Source of the DNA: the human T2T-CHM13v2.0 reference genome, Homo sapiens
Reading direction: 5' to 3' (one strand)
NCBI RefSeq assembly: GCF_009914755.1
Contig: NC_060938.1
DNA: 64,000 nucleotides
The notes beneath the pieces are model-generated. The model did not search any database and was not told the DNA's origin. It was given only the letters and a program-made list of their open reading frames with translations. Positions 52,170 to 64,000 of the stretch are shown here, piece after piece. Position 1 is the first letter of the stretch, and each line of letters starts with the position of its first letter. The position numbers and the translations under genes were made by a program.

Positions 52170-55100
52170 GGATAGGACTGAAGAACACAGGTCGCTGCAT
52201 TTAGAAAGGAGGCGGGGTCAGAGGAATAGAAAGGGACAGGGCTGAAGAACACAGGTCGCTGCATTTAGAAAGGAGGCGGGGTCAGAGGAATAGAAAGGGA
52301 TAGGCCTGAAGAACACAGGTCGCTGCATTTAGAAAGGAGGCGGGGTCAGAGGAATAGAAAGGGACAGGGCTGAAGAACAGAGGTCGCTGCATTTAGAAAG
52401 GAGGCGGGGTCAGAGGAATAGAAAGGGACAGGGCTGAAGAACAGAGGTCGCTGCATTTAGAAAGGAGGCGGGGTCAGAGGAATAGAAAGGGACAGGGCTG
52501 AAGAACACAGGTCGCTGCATTTAGAAAGGAGGCGGGGTCAGAGGAATAGAAAGGGATAGGCCTGAAGAACACAGGTCGCTGCATTTAGAAAGGAGGCGGG
52601 GTCAGAGGAATAGAAAGGGATAGGACTGAAGAACACAGGTCGCTGCATTTAGAAAGGAGGCGGGGTCAGAGGAATAGAAAGGGATAGGCCTGAAGAACAC
52701 AGGTCGCTGCATTTAGAAAGGAGGCGGGGTCAGAGGAATAGAAAGGGACAGGGCTGAAGAACACAGGTCGCTGCATTTAGAAAGGAGGCGGGGTCAGAGG
52801 AATAGAAAGGGATAGGGCTGAAGAACACAGGTCGCTGCATTTAGAAAGGAGGCGGGGTCAGAGGAATAGAAAGGGATAGGGGTGAAGAACAGAGGTCACT
52901 GCATTTAGAAAGGAGGCGGGGTTAGAGGAATAGAAAGGGACAGGGCTGAAGAACACAGGTCGCTGCATTTAGAAAGGAGGCGGGGTCAGAGGAATAGAAA
53001 GGGACAGGGCTGAAGAACACAGGTCGCTGCATTTAGAAAGGAGGCGGGGTCAGAGGAATAGAAACGGACAGGGCTGAAGAACACAGGTCGCTGCATTTAG
53101 AAAGGAGGCGGGGTCAGAGGAATAGAAAGGGACAGGGCTGAAGAACACAGGTCGCTGCATTTAGAAAGGAGGCGGGGTCAGAGGAATAGAAAGGGACAGG
53201 GCTGAAGAACACAGGTCGCTGCATTTAGAAAGGAGGCGGGGTCAGAGGAATAGAAAGGGACAGGGCTGAAGAACAGAGGTCGCTGCATTTAGAAAGGAGG
53301 CGGGGTCAGAGGAATAGAAAGGGATAGGCCTGAAGAACAGAGGTCGCTGCATTTAGAAAGGAGGCGGGGTCAGAGGAATAGAAAGGGATAGGGATGAAGA
53401 ACACAGGTCGCTGCATTTAGAAAGGAGGCGGGGTCAGAGGAATAGAAAGGGATAGGCCTGAAGAACAGAGGTCGCTGCATTTAGAAAGGAGGCGGGGTCA
53501 GAGGAATAGAAAGGGATAGGGATGAAGAACAGAGGTCGCTGCATTTAGAAAGGAGGCGGGGTCAGAGGAATAGAAAGGGATAGGCCTGAAGAACAGAGGT
53601 CGCTGCATTTAGAAAGGAGGCGGGGTCAGAGGAATAGAAAGGGACAGGGCTGAAGAACACAGGTCGCTGCATTTAGAAAGGAGGCGGGGTCAGAGGAATA
53701 GAAAGGGATAGGGCTGAAGAACACAGGTCGCTGCATTTAGAAAGGAGGCGGGGTCAGAGGAATAGAAAGGGACAGGGCTGAAGAACACAGGTCGCTGCAT
53801 TTAGAAAGGAGGCGGGGTCAGAGGAATAGAAAGGGACAGGGCTGAAGAACACAGGTCGCTGCATTTAGAAAGGAGGCGGGGTCAGAGGAATAGAAAGGGA
53901 CAGGGCTGAAGAACAGAGGTCGCTGCATTTAGAAAGGAGGCGGGGTCAGAGGAATAGAAAGGGACAGGACAGAAGAACACAGGTCGCTGCATTTAGAAAG
54001 GAGGCGGGGTCAGAGGAATAGAAAGGGATAGGGCTGAAGAACACAGGTCGCTGCATTTAGAAAGGAGGCGGGGTCAGAGGAATAGAAAGGGATAGGGCTG
54101 AAGAACAGAGGTCGCTGCATTTAGAAAGGAGGCGGGGTCAGTAGAATAGAAAGGGACAGGACAGAAGAACACAGGTCGCTGCATTTAGAAAGGAGGCGGG
54201 GTCAGAGGAATAGAAAGGGATAGGGCTGAAGAACAGAGGTCGCTGCATTTAGAAAGGAGGCGGGGTCAGAGGAATAGAAAGGGATAGGGCTGAAGAACAC
54301 AGGTCGCTGCATTTAGAAAGGAGGCGGGGTCAGAGGAATAGAAAGGGATAGGGGTGAAGAACAGAGGTCACTGCATTTAGAAAGGAGGCGGGGTTAGAGG
54401 AATAGAAAGGGACAGGCCTGAAGAACACAGGTCGCTGCATTTAGAAAGGAGGCGGGGTCAGAGGAATAGAAAGGGACAGGGCTGAAGAACACAGGTCGCT
54501 GCATTTAGAAAGGAGGCGGGGTTAGAGGAATAGAAACGGACAGGGCTGAAGAACACAGGTCGCTGCATTTAGAAAGGAGGCGGGGTCAGAGGAATAGAAA
54601 GGGACAGGGCTGAAGAACACAGGTCGCTGCATTTAGAAAGGAGGCGGGGTCAGAGGAATAGAAAGGGACAGGGCTGAAGAACACAGGTCGCTGCATTTAG
54701 AAAGGAGGCGGGGTCAGAGGAATAGAAAGGGACAGGGCTGAAGAACAGAGGTCGCTGCATTTAGAAAGGAGGCGGGGTCAGAGGAATAGAAAGGGATAGG
54801 CCTGAAGAACACAGGTCGCTGCATTTAGAAAGGAGGCGGGGTCAGAGGAATAGAAAGGGACAGGGCTGAAGAACACAGGTCGCTGCATTTAGAAAGGAGG
54901 CGGGGTCAGAGGAATAGAAAGGGACAGGGCTGAAGAACACAGGTCGCTGCATTTAGAAAGGAGGCGGGGTCAGAGGAATAGAAAGGGATGGGGCTGAAGA
55001 ACAGAGGTCGCTGCATTTAGAAAGGAGGCGGGGTCAGAGGAATGGAAAGGGACGGGGCTGAAGAACAGAGGTCGCTGCATTTAGAAAGGAGGCGGGGTCA

Positions 55101-58100
55101 GAGGAATAGAAAGGGACAGGGCTGAAGAACACAGGTCGCTGCATTTAGAAAGGAGGCGGGGTCAGAGGAATAGAAAGGGACAGGGCTGAAGAACACAGGT
55201 CGCTGCATTTAGAAAGGAGGCGGGGTCAGAGGAATAGAAAGGGACGGGGCTGAAGAACAGAGGTCGCTGCATTTAGAAAGGAGGCGGGGTCAGAGGAATG
55301 GAAAGGGACGGGGCTGAAGAACAGAGGTCGCTGCATTTAGAAAGGAGGCGGGGTCAGAGGAATAGAAAGGGACAGGGCTGAAGAACACAGGTCGCTGCAT
55401 TTAGAAAGGAGGCGGGGTCAGAGGAATAGAAAGGGATAGGGCTGAAGAACAGAGGTCGCTGCATTTAGAAAGGAGGCGGGGTCAGAGGAATAGAAAGGGA
55501 TAGGGCTGAAGAACACAGGTCGCTGCATTTAGAAAGGAGGCGGGGTCAGAGGAATAGAAAGGGATAGGACTGAAGAACACAGGTCGCTGCATTTAGAAAG
55601 GAGGCGGGGTCAGAGGAATAGAAAGGGACAGGGCTGAAGAACACAGGTCGCTGCATTTAGAAAGGAGGCGGGGTCAGAGGAATAGAAAGGGATAGGCCTG
55701 AAGAACACAGGTCGCTGCATTTAGAAAGGAGGCGGGGTCAGAGGAATAGAAAGGGACAGGGCTGAAGAACAGAGGTCGCTGCATTTAGAAAGGAGGCGGG
55801 GTCAGAGGAATAGAAAGGGACAGGGCTGAAGAACAGAGGTCGCTGCATTTAGAAAGGAGGCGGGGTCAGAGGAATAGAAAGGGACAGGGCTGAAGAACAC
55901 AGGTCGCTGCATTTAGAAAGGAGGCGGGGTCAGAGGAATAGAAAGGGATAGGCCTGAAGAACACAGGTCGCTGCATTTAGAAAGGAGGCGGGGTCAGAGG
56001 AATAGAAAGGGATAGGACTGAAGAACACAGGTCGCTGCATTTAGAAAGGAGGCGGGGTCAGAGGAATAGAAAGGGATAGGCCTGAAGAACACAGGTCGCT
56101 GCATTTAGAAAGGAGGCGGGGTCAGAGGAATAGAAAGGGACAGGGCTGAAGAACACAGGTCGCTGCATTTAGAAAGGAGGCGGGGTCAGAGGAATAGAAA
56201 GGGATAGGGCTGAAGAACACAGGTCGCTGCATTTAGAAAGGAGGCGGGGTCAGAGGAATAGAAAGGGATAGGGGTGAAGAACAGAGGTCACTGCATTTAG
56301 AAAGGAGGCGGGGTTAGAGGAATAGAAAGGGACAGGGCTGAAGAACACAGGTCGCTGCATTTAGAAAGGAGGCGGGGTCAGAGGAATAGAAAGGGACAGG
56401 GCTGAAGAACACAGGTCGCTGCATTTAGAAAGGAGGCGGGGTCAGAGGAATAGAAACGGACAGGGCTGAAGAACACAGGTCGCTGCATTTAGAAAGGAGG
56501 CGGGGTCAGAGGAATAGAAAGGGACAGGGCTGAAGAACACAGGTCGCTGCATTTAGAAAGGAGGCGGGGTCAGAGGAATAGAAAGGGACAGGGCTGAAGA
56601 ACACAGGTCGCTGCATTTAGAAAGGAGGCGGGGTCAGAGGAATAGAAAGGGACAGGGCTGAAGAACAGAGGTCGCTGCATTTAGAAAGGAGGCGGGGTCA
56701 GAGGAATAGAAAGGGATAGGCCTGAAGAACAGAGGTCGCTGCATTTAGAAAGGAGGCGGGGTCAGAGGAATAGAAAGGGATAGGGATGAAGAACACAGGT
56801 CGCTGCATTTAGAAAGGAGGCGGGGTCAGAGGAATAGAAAGGGATAGGCCTGAAGAACAGAGGTCGCTGCATTTAGAAAGGAGGCGGGGTCAGAGGAATA
56901 GAAAGGGATAGGGATGAAGAACAGAGGTCGCTGCATTTAGAAAGGAGGCGGGGTCAGAGGAATAGAAAGGGATAGGCCTGAAGAACAGAGGTCGCTGCAT
57001 TTAGAAAGGAGGCGGGGTCAGAGGAATAGAAAGGGACAGGGCTGAAGAACACAGGTCGCTGCATTTAGAAAGGAGGCGGGGTCAGAGGAATAGAAAGGGA
57101 TAGGGCTGAAGAACACAGGTCGCTGCATTTAGAAAGGAGGCGGGGTCAGAGGAATAGAAAGGGACAGGGCTGAAGAACACAGGTCGCTGCATTTAGAAAG
57201 GAGGCGGGGTCAGAGGAATAGAAAGGGACAGGGCTGAAGAACACAGGTCGCTGCATTTAGAAAGGAGGCGGGGTCAGAGGAATAGAAAGGGACAGGGCTG
57301 AAGAACAGAGGTCGCTGCATTTAGAAAGGAGGCGGGGTCAGAGGAATAGAAAGGGACAGGACAGAAGAACACAGGTCGCTGCATTTAGAAACGAGGCGGG
57401 GTCAGAGGAATAGAAAGGGATAGGGCTGAAGAACACAGGTCGCTGCATTTAGAAAGGAGGCGGGGTCAGAGGAATAGAAAGGGATAGGGCTGAAGAACAG
57501 AGGTCGCTGCATTTAGAAAGGAGGCGGGGTCAGTAGAATAGAAAGGGACAGGACAGAAGAACACAGGTCGCTGCATTTAGAAAGGAGGCGGGGTCAGAGG
57601 AATAGAAAGGGATAGGGCTGAAGAACAGAGGTCGCTGCATTTAGAAAGGAGGCGGGGTCAGAGGAATAGAAAGGGATAGGGCTGAAGAACACAGGTCGCT
57701 GCATTTAGAAAGGAGGCGGGGTCAGAGGAATAGAAAGGGATAGGGGTGAAGAACAGAGGTCACTGCATTTAGAAAGGAGGCGGGGTTAGAGGAATAGAAA
57801 GGGACAGGGCTGAAGAACACAGGTCGCTGCATTTAGAAAGGAGGCGGGGTCAGAGGAATAGAAAGGGACAGGGCTGAAGAACACAGGTCGCTGCATTTAG
57901 AAAGGAGGCGGGGTTAGAGGAATAGAAACGGACAGGGCTGAAGAACACAGGTCGCTGCATTTAGAAAGGAGGCGGGGTCAGAGGAATAGAAAGGGACAGG
58001 GCTGAAGAACACAGGTCGCTGCATTTAGAAAGGAGGCGGGGTCAGAGGAATAGAAAGGGACAGGGCTGAAGAACACAGGTCGCTGCATTTAGAAAGGAGG

Positions 58101-58200
58101 CGGGGTCAGAGGAATAGAAAGGGACAGGGCTGAAGAACAGAGGTCGCTGCATTTAGAAAGGAGGCGGGGTCAGAGGAATAGAAAGGGATAGGCCTGAAGA
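52170..58200 (+). repeat. Duplicated ~2.6 kb block at a 53-monomer offset (~52170-54810 and ~55560-58200)
   Basis: GGGGTG at 52883 and 56275; CAGTAGA at 54142 and 57534. Both offsets are 3392 = 53x64, and the intervening variants are in the same order. Confidence 0.9.
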
Positions 58201-61200
58201 ACAGAGGTCGCTGCATTTAGAAAGGAGGCGGGGTCAGAGGAATAGAAAGGGATAGGGATGAAGAACACAGGTCGCTGCATTTAGAAAGGAGGCGGGGTCA
58301 GAGGAATAGAAAGGGATAGGCCTGAAGAACAGAGGTCGCTGCATTTAGAAAGGAGGCGGGGTCAGAGGAATAGAAAGGGATAGGGATGAAGAACACAGGT
58401 CGCTGCATTTAGAAAGGAGGCGGGGTCAGAGGAATAGAAAGGGATAGGCCTGAAGAACAGAGGTCGCTGCATTTAGAAAGGAGGCGGGGTCAGAGGAATA
58501 GAAAGGGATAGGGCTGAAGAACACAGGTCGCTGCATTTAGAAAGGAGGCGGGGTCAGAGGAATAGAAAGGGATAGGCCTGAAGAACAGAGGTCGCTGCAT
58601 TTAGAAAGGAGGCGGGGTCAGAGGAATAGAAAGGGACAGGGCTGAAGAACACAGGTCGCTGCATTTAGAAAGGAGGCGGGGTCAGAGGAATAGAAAGGGA
58701 CAGGGCTGAAGAACACAGGTCGCTGCATTTAGAAAGGAGGCGGGGTCAGAGGAATAGAAAGGGACAGGGCTGAAGAACACAGGTCGCTGCATTTAGAAAG
58801 GAGGCGGGGTCAGAGGAATAGAAAGGGACAGGGCTGAAGAACACAGGTCGCTGCATTTAGAAAGGAGGCGGGGTCAGAGGAATAGAAAGGGATAGGACTG
58901 AAGAACAGAGGTCGCTGCATTTAGAAAGGAGGCGGGGTCAGAGGAATAGAAAGGGACAGGGCTGAAGAACACAGGTCGCTGCATTTAGAAAGGAGGCGGG
59001 GTCAGAGGAATAGAAAGGGACAGGGCTGAAGAACACAGGTCGCTGCATTTAGAAAGGAGGCGGGGTCAGAGGAATAGAAAGGGACAGGACTGAAGAACAC
59101 AGGTCGCTGCATTTAGAAAGGAGGCGGGGTCAGAGGAATAGAAAGGGACAGGGCTGAAGAACACAGGTCGCTGCATTTAGAAAGGAGGCGGGGTCAGAGG
59201 AATAGAAAGGGACAGGGCTGAAGAACAGAGGTCGCTGCATTTAGAAAGGAGGCGGGGTCAGAGGAATAGAAAGGGACAGGGCTGAAGAACACAGGTCGCT
59301 GCATTTAGAAAGGAGGCGGGGTCAGAGGAATAGAAAGGGACAGGGCTGAAGAACACAGGTCGCTGCATTTAGGAAGGAGGCGGGGTCAGAGGAATAGAAA
59401 GGGACAGGGCTGAAGAACACAGGTCGCTGCATTTAGAAAGGAGGCGGGGTCAGAGGAATAGAAAGGGATAGGACTGAAGAACACAGGTCGCTGCATTTAG
59501 AAAGGAGGCGGGGTCAGAGGAATAGAAAGGGATAGGCCTGAAGAACACAGGTCGCTGCATTTAGAAAGGAGGCGGGGTCAGAGGAATAGAAAGGGATAGG
59601 GCTGAAGAACAGAGGTCGCTGCATTTAGAAAGGAGGCGGGGTCAGAGGAATAGAAAGGGACAGGGCTGAAGAACACAGGTCGCTGCATTTAGAAAGGAGG
59701 CGGGGTCAGAGGAGTAGAAAGGGATGGGGCTGAAGAACAGAGGTCGCTGCATTTAGAAAGGAGGCGGGGTCAGAGTAATAGAAAGGGATGGGGCTGAAGA
59801 ACAGAGGTCGCTGCATTTAGAAAGGAGGCGGGGTCAGAGGAATAGAAAGGGACAGGGCTGAAGAACAGAGGTCGGTGCATTTAGAAAGGAGGCGGGGTCA
59901 GAGGAATAGAAAGGGACAGGGCTGAAGAACACAGGTCGCTGCATTTAGAAAGGAGGCGGGGTCAGAGGAATAGAAAGGGATAGGCCTGAAGAACACAGGT
60001 CGCTGCATTTAGAAAGGAGGCGGGGTTAGAGGAATAGAAAGGGACAGGGCTGAAGAACAGAGGTCGCTGCATTTAGAAAGGAGGCGGGGTCAGAGGAATA
60101 GAAAGGGATAGGGCTGAAGAACAGAGGTCGCTTCATTTAGAAACGAGGCGGGGTCAGAGGAATAGAAAGGGATAGGACTGAAGAACACAGGTCGCTGCAT
60201 TTAGAAAGGAGGCGGGGTCAGAGGAATAGAAAGGGATAGGCCTGAAGAACACAGGTCGCTGCATTTAGAAAGGAGGCGGGGTCAGAGGAATAGAAAGGGA
60301 CAGAGCTGAAGAACAGAGGTCGCTGCATTTAGAAAGGAGGCGGGGTCAGAGGAATAGAAAGGGACAGGACAGAAGAACACAGGTCGCTGCATTTAGAAAG
60401 GAGGCGGGGTCAGAGGAACAGAAAGGGATAGGGCTGAAGAACAGAGGTCGCTGCATTTAGAAAGGAGGCGGGGTCAGTAGAATAGAAAGGGACAGGACAG
60501 AAGAACACAGGTCGCTGCATTTAGAAAGGAGGCGGGGTCAGAGGAATAGAAAGGGACAGGGCTGAAGAACACAGGTCGCTGCATTTAGAAAGGAGGCGGG
60601 GTCAGAGGAATAGAAAGGGATAGGGCTGAAAAACACAGGTCGCTGCATTTAGAAAGGAGGCGGGGTCAGAGGAATAGAAAGGGATGGGGCTGAAGAACAG
60701 AGGTCGCTGCATTTAGAAAGGAGGCGGGGTCAGTAGAATAGAAAGGGACAGGACAGAAGAACACAGGTCGCTGCATTTAGAAAGGAGGCGGGGTCAGAGG
60801 AATAGAAAGGGACAGGGCTGAAGAACACAGGTCGCTGCATTTAGAAAGGAGGCGGGGTCAGAGGAATAGAAAGGGATGGGGCTGAAGAACAGAGGTCGCT
60901 GCATTTAGAAAGGAGGCGGGGTCAGAGGAATAGAAAGGGATGGGGCTGAAGAACAGAGGTCGCTGCATTTAGAAAGGAGGCGGGGTCAGTAGAATAGAAA
61001 GGGACAGGACAGAAGAACACAGGTCGCTGCATTTAGAAAGGAGGCGGGGTCAGAGGAATAGAAAGGGATAGGGCTGAAGAACACAGGTCGCTGCATTTAG
61101 AAAGGAGGCGGGGTCAGAGGAATAGAAAGGGATAGGGCTGAAAAACACAGGTCGCTGCATTTAGAAAGGAGGCGGGGTCAGAGGAATAGAAAGGGACAGG

Positions 61201-64000
61201 GCTGAAGAACACAGGTCGCTGCATTTAGAAAGGAGGCGGGGTCAGAGGAATAGAAAGGGATGGGGCTGAAGAACAGAGGTCGCTGCATTTAGAAAGGAGG
61301 CGGGGTCAGAGGAATAGAAAGGGATGGGGCTGAAGAACAGAGGTCGCTGCATTTAGAAAGGAGGCGGGGTCAGAGGAATAGAAAGGGACGGGGCTGAAGA
61401 ACACAGGTCGCTGCATTTAGAAAGGAGGCGGGGTCAGAGGAATAGAAAGGGACAGGGCTGAAGAACACAGGTCGTTGCATTTAGAAAGGAGGCGGGGTCA
61501 GAGGAATAGAAAGAGACAGGGCTGAAGAACACAGGTCGCTGCATTTAGAAAGGAGGCGGGGTCAGAGGAATAGAAAGGGACAGGGCTGAAGAACACAGGT
61601 CGCTGCATTTAGAAAGGAGGCGGGGTCAGAGGAATAGAAAGGGATAGGGCTGAAGAACACAGGTCGCTGCATTTAGAAAGGAGGCGGGGTCAGAGGAATA
61701 GAAAGGGATAGAGCTGAAGAACAGAGGTCGCTGCATTTAGAAAGGAGGCGGGGTCAGAGGAATAGAAAGGGACAGGGCTGAAGAACACAGGTCGCTGCAT
61801 TTAGAAAGGAGGCGGGGTCAGAGGAATAGAAAGGGACAGGGCTGAAGAACACAGGTCGCTGCATTTAGAAAGGAGGCGTGGTCAGAGGAATAGAAAGGGA
61901 TAGGGCTGAAGAACACAGGTCGCTGCATTTAGAAAGGAGGCGGGGTCAGAGGAATAGAAACGGATAGGGCTGAAAAACAGAGGTCGCTGCATTTAGAAAG
62001 GAGGCGGGGTCAGAGGAATAGAAAGGGATAGGGCTGAAGAACACAGGTCGCTGCATTTAGAAAGGAAGCGGGGTCAGAGGAATAGAAAGGGACAGGGCTG
62101 AAGAACACACGTCGCTGCATTTAGAAAGGAGGCGGGGTCAGAGGAATAGAAAGGGATAGGGCTGAAGAACAGAGGTCGCTGCATTTAGAAAGGAGGCGGG
62201 GTCAGAGGAATAGAAAGGGATAGGCCTGAAGAACACAGGTCGCTGCATTTAGAAAGGAGGCGGGGTCAGAGGAATAGAAAGGGATAGGGCTGAAGAACAG
62301 AGGTCGCTGCATTTAGAAAGGAGGCGGGGTCAGAGGAATAGAAAGGGACAGGGCCTGAAGAACACAGGTCGCTGCATTTAGAAAGGAGGCGGGGTCAGAG
62401 GAATAGAAAGGGATAAGGCTGAAGAACACAGGTCGCTGCATTTAGAAAGGAGGCGGGGTCAGAGGAATAGAAAGGGATAGGGCTGAAGAACACAGGTCGC
62501 TGCATTTAGAAAGGAGGCGGGGTCAGAGGAATAGAAAGGGATAGGGCTGAAGAACACAGGTCGCTGCATTTAGAAAGGAGGCGGGGTCAGAGGAATAGAA
62601 AGGGATAGGGCTGAAGAACACAGGTCGCTGCATTTAGAAAGGAGGCGGGGTTAGAGGAATAGAAAGGGACAGGGCTGAAGAACACAGGTCGCTGCATTTA
62701 GAAAGGAGGCGGGGTCAGAGGAATAGAAAGGGACAGGGCTGAAGAACACAGGTCGCTGCATTTAGAAAGGAGGCGGGGTCAGAGGAATAGAAAGGGACAG
62801 GGCTGAAGAACACAGGTCGCTGCATTTAGAAAGGAGGCGGGGTCAGAGGAATAGAAAGGGACACGGCTGAAGAACACAGGTCGCTGCATTTAGAAAGGAG
62901 GCGGGGTCAGAGGAATAGAAAGGGATAGGCCTGAAGAACACAGGTCGCTGCATTTAGAAAGGAGGCGGGGTCAGAGGAATAGAAAGGGATAGGGCTGAAG
63001 AACACAGGTCGCTGCATTTAGAAAGGAGGCGGGGTCAGAGGAATAGAAAGGGATAGGGCTGAAGAACACAGGTCGCTGCATTTAGAAAGGAGGCGGGGTT
63101 AGAGGAATAGAAAGGGACAGGGCTGAAGAACACAGGTCGCTGCATTTAGAAAGGAGGCGGGGTCAGAGGAATAGAAAGGGACAGGGCTGAAGAACACAGG
63201 TCGCTGCATTTAGAAAGGAGGTGGGGTCAGAGGAATAGAAAGGGACAGGGCTGAAGAACACAGGTCGCTGCATTTAGAAAGGAGGCGGGGTCAGAGGAAT
63301 TGAAAGGGACAGGGCTGAAGAACACAGGTCGCTGCATTTAGAAAGGAGGCGGGGTCAGAGGAATAGAAAGGGACAGGGCTGAAGAACACAGGTCGCTGCA
63401 TTTAGAAAGGAGGCGGGGTCAGAGGAATAGAAAGGGATAGGCCTGAAGAACACAGGTCGCTGCATTTAGAAAGGAGGCGGGGTCAGAGGAATAGAAAGGG
63501 ACAGGGCTGAAGAACACAGGTCGCTGCATTTAGAAAGGAGGCGGGGTCAGAGGAATAGAAAGGGACAGGGCTGAAGAACACAGGTCGCTGCATTTAGAAA
63601 GGAGGCGGGGTCAGAGGAATAGAAAGGGATAGGCCTGAAGAACACAGGTCGCTGCATTTAGAAAGGAGGCGGGGTCAGAGGAATAGAAAGGGACAGGGCT
63701 GAAGAACACAGGTCGCTGCATTTAGAAAGGAGGCGGGGTCAGAGGAATAGAAAGGGACAGGGCTGAAGAACACAGGTCGCTGCATTTAGAAAGGAGGCGG
63801 GGTCAGAGGAATAGAAAGGGACAGGACAGAAGAACACAGGTCGCTGCACTTAGAAAGGAGGCGGGGTCAGAGGAATAGAAAGGGACAGGGCTGAAGAACA
63901 GAGGTCGCTGCATTTAGAAAGGAGGCGGGGTCAGAGGAATAGAAAGGGACAGGGCTGAAGAACACAGGTCGCTGCATTTAGAAAGGAGGCGGGGTCAGAG

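Larger units (their letters stand above)
1..64000 (+). repeat. 64-bp tandem satellite array, about 1000 monomers in one orientation, extending past both window edges
   Basis: GGTCAGAGGA recurs at 1, 65, 129 ... 961, 1921, 2881, 3841 (period 64). Phase changes are fully explained by 11 one-base deletions (~4431, 5454, 9629, 9787, 11706, 31036, 35020, 45048, 47416, 50871, 51697) and 3 one-base insertions (~17814, 27160, 62354). The window ends on the first 8 bases of monomer 1001 (GGTCAGAG). Most monomers differ from consensus at only 0-3 positions. Confidence 0.99.
1..64000. repeat. Probable identity: human WaluSat 64-bp satellite of acrocentric short arms
   Basis: A 64-bp G-rich monomer in a homogeneous array of at least 1000 copies matches my recollection of WaluSat from the T2T-CHM13 repeat annotation. 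No flanking sequence (for example the associated Alu) is in the window. The assignment is from memory, not from an alignment. Confidence 0.7.

Noticed and set aside
1-64000. CRISPR array (a 64-bp period resembles repeat plus spacer)
   Set aside because: There are no unique spacers, since the whole unit is conserved. There is no palindromic repeat, leader or cas gene.
1-64000. Alpha satellite, beta satellite (68 bp), HSat2/3 or telomeric repeat
   Set aside because: The period is 64, not 171 or 68. There is no CENP-B box, CATTC/GGAAT pentamer array, consensus GATC site or TTAGGG array.
1-64000. Variant string as an information-bearing code or programmed diversification system
   Set aside because: The variant order is adequately explained by duplication and conversion history. 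No recombinase, reverse transcriptase, expression site or reading mechanism is visible in the window.

Overview
The whole 64-kb window is one uninterrupted, head-to-tail tandem array of a 64-bp monomer. Consensus on the + strand: GGTCAGAGGAATAGAAAGGGA[C/T]AGGGCTGAAGAACA[C/G]AGGTCGCTGCATTTAGAAAGGAGGCGG. Phase tracking gives 1000 complete monomers plus 8 bp, with 11 single-base deletions and 3 single-base insertions (net -8). I saw no unique sequence, transposon insertion, inversion, RNA gene or credible protein-coding gene, and the four 63-aa ORFs are translation artefacts of the repeat. Monomer length, G-richness and array scale fit my recollection of the human acrocentric short-arm satellite WaluSat (T2T-CHM13), but I cannot verify this without a search. 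I find no support for a novel protein-coding or CRISPR-like system. The informative content is the pattern of rare variants. It records nested duplications with 2, 4, 11, 15, 16, 20-21, 30, 37, 53 and 54-monomer offsets, dispersed kb-scale copies, and at least one junction that can be mapped closely. The monomer also has strong purine/G skew, well-preserved CpGs, a GC-box and an internal sub-repeat. All counts were made by eye.
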